Positions 56,619 to 64,000 of a stretch of 64,000 bases of DNA are shown here, in pieces; position 1 is the stretch's first letter, and each line of letters opens with the position of its first letter. Made by a program: the position numbers and the translations under genes. Below the pieces are notes generated by a model. That model had not been told where the DNA came from. It ran no database searches and saw only the letters and a list, made by a program, of their open reading frames with translations. The DNA is from a phage, in assembly GCA_033286805.1 (NCBI GenBank), contig GCA_033286805.1_4727.1; one strand, written 5' to 3'.

Positions 56619-57931
56619 GGTTCAATAGCTCCTGCTCGTAACAGCATAATAACGAACGGTGTGAAATAATAACGATCTAGCGGAGAAAGCAACGGTATTG
56701 CGTCAACCATCTGTTTCAGTGCCGGATGGCTGATCGCTTTCTCATCGACCATATCACGTACCATACTCTCAATAATCGTCATTGGGGCTTGATTGCGGTA
56801 GAAAGCCTCTGTGAAAACATAGTACGGATCGTCCGCTACAGATGGAAACAACGGAACGCCGTCATACTCCATCGATGTAAGGTTGGTCACCAACGGGTTT
56901 GTCGGTGGTGTGTTTTCAGGTACAGCCAACTCTTTACCGACGTCTTCACCGAGCGATGTGGTCGCAGGCCACATACAGAATCGCGCCCCGCTAAAACGAA
57001 TCCCACCTGCAGCCGGGTACTGATAGAAACGCTTTGTTGACAACAGTGTGAATTTCACCGTCAACCGCGCCTCGTCTTCCCGACGTCCGTCCATGACCCA
57101 TTCAAAGACAGAAATCGCGTTCGCTTCCTGGTTATCATCTACGTTAAGGCGTCCGAAGTTCCAAGACGGTTTTCCTTCAAGCGACGACCATAATTTCGTA
57201 AACGCGTTAACACACCAGGGATCGTAGGTTGCAGCATCCTGACCAGGAACAAGCAGTGTGTTGAGTTCACGGCTGTAGAATTCATGGTAATACGCGTGAC
57301 AAAGTCCTAGTGCACGACGGAGATAATCATACTTACGATTGTATTTCTCCGTTGCCATTACGGGATGTTTTCCGTGCTTTAACTGGTCTTGGTCGTATAG
57401 CGTATCCTCAACGATTTTTGCTTCCAGTTCGATAAGCTGTTTTTCGTCAAGAATACGTTGGAAGGAAATGTCGCATTCGTAAGCCGGTGCTAAGCTGATG
57501 TTCTTCGGCGTGATTCGGGTGATTGTGTACACCGCGATACGATGATCGAGACCGGAGATTAACAGCATGTTACCTAAAAGAGGAACCGATACCGCCGGAA
57601 GTATACACGTACCCTCGGATTGAAAACGTGCGGTACCGTTGTCGTACGACGGCGTCAATGACGACATTAACTTGATAGGGTAATGTCTGATGCGACGGTA
57701 CTGCTGTTCAGCGATGTCTCGGTTAGCTTGAAAACTGCTTTGTTCATCATCGCGACCGAGAATCTGTTCGTAATAATCACATTCTACGGAATAACCGGAT
57801 GCGTAATTCACTAACCCGATTTGACTATTGTATTGCTCATCCACCACCGCAGAACGATAAACGTCGTCGCGAGCCTTCGCGGGTTGTTGGGGGTTGATGA
57901 TGGGTTTCGCGGGCTTCTTAGCGAGCGCCAT
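56615..57931 (-). CDS. hypothetical structural protein (438 aa)
   Basis: Long ORF in minus block; no motif recognised. Confidence 0.6.
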   Translation of the reverse strand: MALAKKPAKPIINPQQPAKARDDVYRSAVVDEQYNSQIGLVNYASGYSVECDYYEQILGRDDEQSSFQANRDIAEQQYRRIRHYPIKLMSSLTPSYDNGTARFQSEGTCILPAVSVPLLGNMLLISGLDHRIAVYTITRITPKNISLAPAYECDISFQRILDEKQLIELEAKIVEDTLYDQDQLKHGKHPVMATEKYNRKYDYLRRALGLCHAYYHEFYSRELNTLLVPGQDAATYDPWCVNAFTKLWSSLEGKPSWNFGRLNVDDNQEANAISVFEWVMDGRREDEARLTVKFTLLSTKRFYQYPAAGGIRFSGARFCMWPATTSLGEDVGKELAVPENTPPTNPLVTNLTSMEYDGVPLFPSVADDPYYVFTEAFYRNQAPMTIIESMVRDMVDEKAISHPALKQMVDAIPLLSPLDRYYFTPFVIMLLRAGAIEP

Positions 57932-59510
57932 AGCGTTTCACTCCTACGATGGTACCGACAAGAATTCTCGGTACAAATAAACTACGATGTTTGAACCACG
58001 AAGCGGTTGTTGGGATACGTTTGATGGCTTCGATAAGCCCGATTAGCGTATAGCACCCCCGACTGTTCTTTTTAGGCCAGTACTTTTTATCTAAACCTAA
58101 TACCGCAAACAGTTCATCCACCAGATTGGGATAACAACACAACGCTTCAAGTGTTTCAACCTGTAACTGACTTAAATCTAACAGTATCGCTAGACGAACG
58201 TGGTAATCACTCCGTAAGTCTAACGGATCTTTCGCTTCAAGATCACCAACGTCGGTTAATGTCCACGCGTCTCTTGCGTAGCGGTATTTGCCCTTCCAAA
58301 CCTCAAGGAAAAAAGGAGATTGGTAATGACATTTTGACCATTCTGGGTACTCGCGGAACCACCGAACAAGATCGGGATGGAATTCACCTTCTTCGGCTAA
58401 CGAGTCCAACGTCACCAATAGGTTAGGTTGTTCAGGATCGATAGCGAGCAGCGCGGTGAAAAGCGTGCTTGATGGAAGCTCGGTCTCTACGCTCGATGGA
58501 GGCAGCCATTCATCCAGATCAGGATACCGATACGCTTGAATCGATGCACCCTGTTCCGGCAAGAACGAATCACGAAGAATGTCCTGATACTGCACCACCA
58601 TACCGCCACGACGTGCACGGGATTTATCGCGCACTGAGAGGCTCGGTTTGTAAAGGTACTCTTCGGGGAGTATCTGTTGGTGTACTTGAACCGGATACCG
58701 TGCTACGATGTGTGTTGGCGTGTCGTACGTGTAACGGTAAGAGAAGGTTGCGTTGTACGAAGAACTGTTCTCATTCTTCTCTGGCTTCGGAGCGTCGGTG
58801 AAATCAAATTGACCAGAGATCTCTTCTTGCATTTCCCTGATAACCAATTTAACGCTCTTACCGTCACCTGCAACTGTCGTCATGGTGGTTGCGCGGTTGT
58901 CGAACCCGTCTCTAAGGTATTCGCTGAACTTAACCCCGTAACCCGCTATTGCTTCTCGGTGTGTGTGGATAACTTTTAACAACATGAGAAACTGTGTTGG
59001 GATCGCATAGCTGTATTCAGCGCTAAGGAAGGCAGCGACGTGCTGACTTGTCAGCAAACGTTTCATGTCGTACCACCAACGTTCGGCAGTGACCTGATCT
59101 TCGAACCGTTTGGTGATCTGCATGGTCGCGACCATCGTACTGTAAACAGGTACTAGCGATACGCCAAGGTTACGGTCTTCAAATACGGGAAGACTGTTTC
59201 GTTTGTAAACGGTATCGTACATAGAGGCCTGTTCTTCAGGGACAATATTAAGCTCAATTTGGATAAACCCGTCAGCAGGCCCTTTCACATCCTGATCAAC
59301 AACTTGCGGTGGTTGCTCGTTCGCAGCACTCATTTTAGCGTGAAGAGCTTCCCCTCGAAAAAGAATGTTCTCCCGACTATAATCCCACCCGCAAAGCTCG
59401 CTGATCTGCCGTAACACCGCGATTGCAACCGGACGTGTTACCGTCGCGTATACGTCATTGATTTTTCGATCAAGTTTAGGCATCGATGTCGTCCTCGCTA
59501 ATTTCCTCAC
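57918..59510 (-). CDS. hypothetical structural protein (530 aa)
   Basis: Long ORF in minus block; no motif recognised. Confidence 0.6.
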   Translation of the reverse strand: MRKLARTTSMPKLDRKINDVYATVTRPVAIAVLRQISELCGWDYSRENILFRGEALHAKMSAANEQPPQVVDQDVKGPADGFIQIELNIVPEEQASMYDTVYKRNSLPVFEDRNLGVSLVPVYSTMVATMQITKRFEDQVTAERWWYDMKRLLTSQHVAAFLSAEYSYAIPTQFLMLLKVIHTHREAIAGYGVKFSEYLRDGFDNRATTMTTVAGDGKSVKLVIREMQEEISGQFDFTDAPKPEKNENSSSYNATFSYRYTYDTPTHIVARYPVQVHQQILPEEYLYKPSLSVRDKSRARRGGMVVQYQDILRDSFLPEQGASIQAYRYPDLDEWLPPSSVETELPSSTLFTALLAIDPEQPNLLVTLDSLAEEGEFHPDLVRWFREYPEWSKCHYQSPFFLEVWKGKYRYARDAWTLTDVGDLEAKDPLDLRSDYHVRLAILLDLSQLQVETLEALCCYPNLVDELFAVLGLDKKYWPKKNSRGCYTLIGLIEAIKRIPTTASWFKHRSLFVPRILVGTIVGVKRYGAR

Positions 59511-59859
59511 CTCCTTGTTGTCGATATCCGGTATAATGAATCAGACTGCTCTGTAGAAGCTCTTTAACGAGCCCTAGACGCGTTTTATCTGTTTCATTGG
59601 ACGTTTCCATTAATGTTTCTATTTCGTTGTTTAAAACAGCGTATAGCGCTTCTAACGGCAATCCTTGGATGATTGGTTTGTTGGTACCTTCCGGTAGTGC
59701 CGCAACAGGAATCTGCACGACGGTTTCATGTGAGGTATGTGGGTTGATACGGCAAATATACATACCGGGTACTGAATGTCGCGGGCACGCCGCTACCAAG
59801 CATGTCTGTTGCTGCGCACCGTTAAGTGCGAGTGAAAGAAATTTTGCTTCACGTGTCAT
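59476..59859 (-). CDS. hypothetical protein (127 aa)
   Basis: ORF overlapping downstream gene start by 35 nt; real start may be internal. Confidence 0.4.
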   Translation of the reverse strand: MTREAKFLSLALNGAQQQTCLVAACPRHSVPGMYICRINPHTSHETVVQIPVAALPEGTNKPIIQGLPLEALYAVLNNEIETLMETSNETDKTRLGLVKELLQSSLIHYTGYRQQGGEEISEDDIDA

Positions 59860-59904
59860 CGCAGATTCCTGTTTGAAAGATAAGATATCACATGATGGTC
59901 GACA

Positions 59905-59932
59905 GCATAAAGCCCACCCCGAAGGGCGGGCT
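59905..59932 (-). terminator. intrinsic terminator, TTCG-tetraloop family (T2)
   Basis: Minus strand agcccgccc-ttcg-gggtgggct then TTTATGCTGTCG; 16 nt downstream of stop of 1128-aa gene; homologous to T1. Confidence 0.75.
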
Positions 59933-59947
59933 GTTTATGCGTACGGA

Positions 59948-62900
59948 TTACTTGTAGGCACCGCAATGGGCTTTGATGAGGAAAAGCACCGCTTGCATCG
60001 GTTTATTGAACTGTTGCCATAACGTCAATGCCGGATGGAACAGCCAATCTTCCAGGCCGAGAACAATACCGTAGTTAACGACATTATTAACATCGTTCTC
60101 AACGTTGAGTTCGCTATCCAGGAATTTATCGATTGAACGCAGGGTCTGCATGGCGTTGTCAGCAATAAGCCAAGCTTCATGTGCTTCACGAGCCGCACGC
60201 AGCACTGCCTCCAGTTCGCTGATAGTAGCTACCGGTAATTCCTCACTGGTGAGGTCGTCAGAAACCGTAAACTGGCGATTGATACCGGTGTAGATCCACT
60301 GCATCAGTTTCGCTGCTTCCTCGTTCGGGTTGTTACGCGTTGTCGCATAAGTCGCGCTCACCTTCACGATGTGCGTTTCACCAAGATACGCTTTGGAACC
60401 AACACCTTTACGATCACTGTCTTTCCACGGTTGTACGGTAGCGACCATGAGCTTATCCCATTTCTGAATAGGAATACGCTTCAGACCAACAACCGATCCA
60501 GCGGATGTTTCGGACTGGTTGCTCTTCCGCACGTCACTGAGTTCACGATCGATAGCAACGATTAATTCACGCGTCATGTTACCAAGCATTTTGATTTCAC
60601 CCAACGCAGCGATGAGCTTCTTCACATCGGTAACAGGTTCACCACCGATGGTAAGATGACGGATGAAACGTTTCAGAATAATCCGTTCTGCTGCTGGGTT
60701 ACCGCGACGCGCTTTAGCCAACGCTTGCTGTGTTTCGGCGAACAGCTTATCCCATGGAGCCGTAGCGGCGGTATAGTAACGATGGTTGGTTTCAATCCAG
60801 TTACCGATACGGTTGACCGCGGTCTTAACGGTATCCATGAATCCTTCCATCGCAATTTCGGTAGCTTCGACGTTACCCTGGAAGTTATCAGGACCGATCT
60901 CGCGTGCCGCTACCAGAATACCTTCCACTGCACTCACCGCATGACGACCGATAGCCAGATTTCGCTGCGCTTCTTCAGCACGCTCAACGAATTCCACCAC
61001 CGCAGGATCGTCGACGATTTCCGCCTCGGCAACAGCACGCGTACCCGCATCACCTTCCAGCGTTTCGATGGTGACAACCGGATCGTTTTCACCAGCAACA
61101 TCCTGGTACTCTTCCTGTTTGAGTTCGCCGTTATCGACCGCAGCGACAGCGGTGAGTATACGGACGGTAACATCACCGAGTTCTTTCGCAGCGAATCCGT
61201 AGACGGTACATGCTGTTGTCGCAAAGTTCATCAGTGTGCGTGTGCGTTTAACGATGTAACCAACATCGTAATCGTTGCCGCTCTTATCGATGTCGCGGAT
61301 TAACCGTTCAGCTGTCTCCTGAAGCTGTGTAGCTGCTTTCAGAAGGTCCTCATCAAACAGTTTCGTTGACGCATCGATCAGCATATCAACACTAACGTTA
61401 GACGGCACAGCATCATCCTGCTGTTTCATGGCGCTAAGTTCGTCGCGGAACTTACGAATACCGTCTAAAGCGGCGTCGGCGCTATGTCCGAACGCGGCCA
61501 CGCCAGACATTGTTGTTGCTGTCAGCATGTCCGTATCAGCGTTTGGACTTTCGCCTTCTTTAAGATCCTTCAGCTGGTCGAAGAACTTACGGGATGCTTC
61601 AGCGATACGTTTGCTGTCTTTTACCGCGTTTACGATTTTATCGACGGATTTAGCGTCGTTTGCAAGCAGCGTATCGAGTTTGTTCCATTCGACATCGACT
61701 TTCGTCGCATCCTTAGTATCGCTTGGCGGAGGAAGCAGTTTCATCACTGGGGTTGTGCGTTGTTCTTTGGTCAGCTTGTTGGCCTTCCCTTCGATTTTTT
61801 TCTTATTAACACCAAAGAGATTTTTCAAACGCGCCACGATGGCTTTTAAGAACTTCACAACCGCTTCGTAAACCGATTTCAGAATCTGTTTAAAGCGACC
61901 CGGCTGCTTTTCCCCGTCTTCCAGATTAAGATCGCTGTTCAGTGCGACATCAAGCTGTTTGTACGATTCCATGATGTATTCGTCTTTGATTTCAGGACGA
62001 ATCTCGAAGCTTTCCATCGGACCTTCAGCCGGACGGAATTCCATTTTCAGTTCGCCTTGCAGAGTAGGGTCGACAATGGCGATCGCTTCACCCTGACCAT
62101 CAGCGTTAAAGCGTTCAGCGTAACGAGTACGGCGAACAATAACACTCTTATCCCCATCAAGACGACGTACCACCATGGTGCCAGGAATGTACGGTTGTTC
62201 TGTTTCAATGACGGTTACATCTGTCTCACCTTCACCGAGAATAACAGAAGCGCGCTGTTCAACAACAGGAACATCTAATACGCCACGGGCTTCCAGCTCT
62301 TGATGAATTTCGAACGACTCTTGTTTCAGATCTTCATCTTCTTCGTTTTCGTCGTCTTCATCATCGTCACCTTTGGTGTTTTCATCACCCTTGGTGGTTG
62401 TGTCGTCGGTGGCACCAGCGTCAGCGTCGGTGTTAGCAGGTTCTTCGGACGCAGGTTCGGTGGTGTTGTCCTCCGTGGACGACCCGTCAGTGTTATCGAC
62501 CTCAACATCGCCTTGCAGTTCTGTTTCCTGAGCAACTGCTTCGGCTTTCTGCTCACCGGTATTACCATCATTAGCGTCGACAACAGGTTGTTCGTCAGCG
62601 ACGGTATCTTCAACCTTTTCTACTTTCTCTACGACACGTTTAATCACGGTGACTTTGATGGGTTCTTCCGTTGTTTTGGTTTCTGGCGTCACCTCGGCTG
62701 CCGCAGCCACTGTTTCAGCAACAGGTTCTGCTTTTTCCGGTTCGACGACATTACCTTTAACCCCTTGGGTGGTTTCTGCAGGTTGTGCTGCCTGTTCGAT
62801 TTGCGCCGGATTGGTTGGATCGATGGCGTTAGCCGCATCCTGAATCTTGTTCTTCAGGTTGTCGCGGTCAGCGTTAACGGTCGGGTCGTTGGTCACTTTC

Positions 62901-63334
62901 GGTGCCGGTGTTTCGGTCGGTGCGTTTGCCGGATACGGGTTCTTCGGCTCTTCGCCAGGTGCGGTCGGTACCGCGATCAGAACGAACGGTTGAACATCGT
63001 TACCGTCTTCCATGGTTACGCCACCGTTGCTCGGTGTGAAACGAATTCGTAAACTGCCATCAATAGGACGGGTCACAATAACAGCACGTACGACATCCTC
63101 GCCGTTCTCATCCGTGCTACGAATCACACGAACAGCGTCATCAACGGTAGCCCCTTCCTCGAGCGTATCTGATTCGATCGTCGCTTCGATGCTGTCTGGC
63201 CGTGCCGCTGTAGGTAATGCGATCACTTGCTCTTCTTTATCAGTAGAAAGCGTTGCTTTGACTTCGATAGGTGTATCGCCGCTTTCCAGGTTAAGATGCG
63301 ACTTACGCATCAGATCAGCTAACGATTTTTTCAT
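59948..63334 (-). CDS. very large virion-type protein (1128 aa) with acidic low-complexity segment
   Basis: Longest ORF in window; ~90-aa D/E/T-rich segment (DDDEDDENEEDED); followed by TTCG-loop terminator 59905-59932. Confidence 0.7.
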   Translation of the reverse strand: MKKSLADLMRKSHLNLESGDTPIEVKATLSTDKEEQVIALPTAARPDSIEATIESDTLEEGATVDDAVRVIRSTDENGEDVVRAVIVTRPIDGSLRIRFTPSNGGVTMEDGNDVQPFVLIAVPTAPGEEPKNPYPANAPTETPAPKVTNDPTVNADRDNLKNKIQDAANAIDPTNPAQIEQAAQPAETTQGVKGNVVEPEKAEPVAETVAAAAEVTPETKTTEEPIKVTVIKRVVEKVEKVEDTVADEQPVVDANDGNTGEQKAEAVAQETELQGDVEVDNTDGSSTEDNTTEPASEEPANTDADAGATDDTTTKGDENTKGDDDEDDENEEDEDLKQESFEIHQELEARGVLDVPVVEQRASVILGEGETDVTVIETEQPYIPGTMVVRRLDGDKSVIVRRTRYAERFNADGQGEAIAIVDPTLQGELKMEFRPAEGPMESFEIRPEIKDEYIMESYKQLDVALNSDLNLEDGEKQPGRFKQILKSVYEAVVKFLKAIVARLKNLFGVNKKKIEGKANKLTKEQRTTPVMKLLPPPSDTKDATKVDVEWNKLDTLLANDAKSVDKIVNAVKDSKRIAEASRKFFDQLKDLKEGESPNADTDMLTATTMSGVAAFGHSADAALDGIRKFRDELSAMKQQDDAVPSNVSVDMLIDASTKLFDEDLLKAATQLQETAERLIRDIDKSGNDYDVGYIVKRTRTLMNFATTACTVYGFAAKELGDVTVRILTAVAAVDNGELKQEEYQDVAGENDPVVTIETLEGDAGTRAVAEAEIVDDPAVVEFVERAEEAQRNLAIGRHAVSAVEGILVAAREIGPDNFQGNVEATEIAMEGFMDTVKTAVNRIGNWIETNHRYYTAATAPWDKLFAETQQALAKARRGNPAAERIILKRFIRHLTIGGEPVTDVKKLIAALGEIKMLGNMTRELIVAIDRELSDVRKSNQSETSAGSVVGLKRIPIQKWDKLMVATVQPWKDSDRKGVGSKAYLGETHIVKVSATYATTRNNPNEEAAKLMQWIYTGINRQFTVSDDLTSEELPVATISELEAVLRAAREAHEAWLIADNAMQTLRSIDKFLDSELNVENDVNNVVNYGIVLGLEDWLFHPALTLWQQFNKPMQAVLFLIKAHCGAYK

Positions 63335-63349
63335 AAAGCGTTATTCCTC

Positions 63350-63999
63350 TTAAAAGTAATATTTCAGCGCCTCGCGAGAGACATCAAGCATAGCCGCTGT
63401 TGAATTCGTAAAGAACTCGGCATAGCCCACAAGCGGCACCTTGATCCACGCGGTATACGCTGTAAGGTATCGAGAAAGGGCTACCATAGCATCATCAGAA
63501 GCAGTAGTAACTGACAACTGACCTTGTTGACGATAAACGTCGTTAAGTTTTGCTTGTAGATTCCCTGCGATTTCGAGTAACTCGTTGGCGTACTTTTTAC
63601 GATGGTAACTAACCAGTAAATCAACACCCGTATTTACCGACTCGAGTAGCACACCAACTTGTTCTAATGTTGGCATTGTAACCACCATATCCCGTTCAAC
63701 TGACGGTACATCCTGGACTTCAAACCGTGCGGATTGAATGGTGAGGGACTGTTGAATTGAACCAGAACCTGAGGCGGTAACCTGATCGAGTCGTAGCGTA
63801 CGGTTACCCAGTAACGTTACATTGACGAGTCTCGATTCGTTCAGCGTACTGTAGACTTTGTGCAATAACGTATACGCGTCACGGTTAATCACATCGATTA
63901 ATGCGGTATCCGTCTGTTTTAAGATAATGTCGAGCGCTCTATCTAACGTATTAGCGAACTGCTTGAAATCATCACGGAACGACGAAGACAAGAGATATT
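63350..63999 (-). CDS. hypothetical protein, partial (5' end beyond window end)
   Basis: Reading frame stays open to window edge; track start is a TTG. Confidence 0.45.
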   Translation of the reverse strand, partial: YLLSSSFRDDFKQFANTLDRALDIILKQTDTALIDVINRDAYTLLHKVYSTLNESRLVNVTLLGNRTLRLDQVTASGSGSIQQSLTIQSARFEVQDVPSVERDMVVTMPTLEQVGVLLESVNTGVDLLVSYHRKKYANELLEIAGNLQAKLNDVYRQQGQLSVTTASDDAMVALSRYLTAYTAWIKVPLVGYAEFFTNSTAAMLDVSREALKYYF

Positions 64000-64000
64000 C

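Noticed and set aside
35645-59510. Multisubunit RNA polymerase fragments, tubulin-like or terminase motifs in the large ORFan proteins
   Set aside because: Searched translations for DFDGD, GGGTG[ST]G and terminase Walker A; none found, so these proteins are left as hypothetical.
60656-63353. Several plus-strand ORFs (60656-61303, 61428-61871, 62300-63052, 63012-63353) inside the 1128-aa gene
   Set aside because: Antisense to a long, well-supported minus-strand ORF; low-complexity composition mirrors the acidic region of the sense protein.
1-64000. Prophage or mobile-element boundaries (integrase, att sites, transposase, IS inverted repeats)
   Set aside because: No recombinase or transposase motifs and no host-like flanking genes; the window looks like an internal segment of a lytic phage genome.

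Overview
This window reads as a dense, almost fully coding segment of a large virulent tailed phage, with no integrase, transposase, rRNA, tRNA or CRISPR array recognised. Codon usage of the most biased genes and a thymidylate kinase very close to E. coli Tmk suggest an enterobacterial host (inference). About 58 CDS are called, roughly 85% on the minus strand. Products recognised from sequence motifs: a partial RNase HI-domain fusion protein, thymidylate kinase, a RuvC-like resolvase, an SbcC/Rad50-like ATPase with CxxC zinc hook, a GH108 endolysin, and a tail-fibre / receptor-binding cassette (two large fibres with ~57-aa NPH-VTKAQVGLGNV repeats, one ending in an S74 intramolecular-chaperone domain, plus three proteins sharing a short N-terminal anchor motif). 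There is also a five-member paralog family of apparently abundant virion proteins, a strongly codon-optimised 740-aa major structural protein, and many large ORFan proteins. The most striking non-coding signals are: (i) eleven CCTCC/GGAGG palindromic hairpins, about half of them followed by a TATGCYGTYA-like tail, at every convergent gene junction and ahead of promoter boxes; (ii) four copies of a 24-bp promoter-like box, all in minus orientation ahead of minus-strand gene blocks; (iii) a GGATACC palindrome + TAGTAA element found twice; (iv) an ~860-bp AT-rich non-coding region with TTATCT repeats and GGATAACTC inverted repeats. All functional calls rest on motifs read by eye; no database search could be run.
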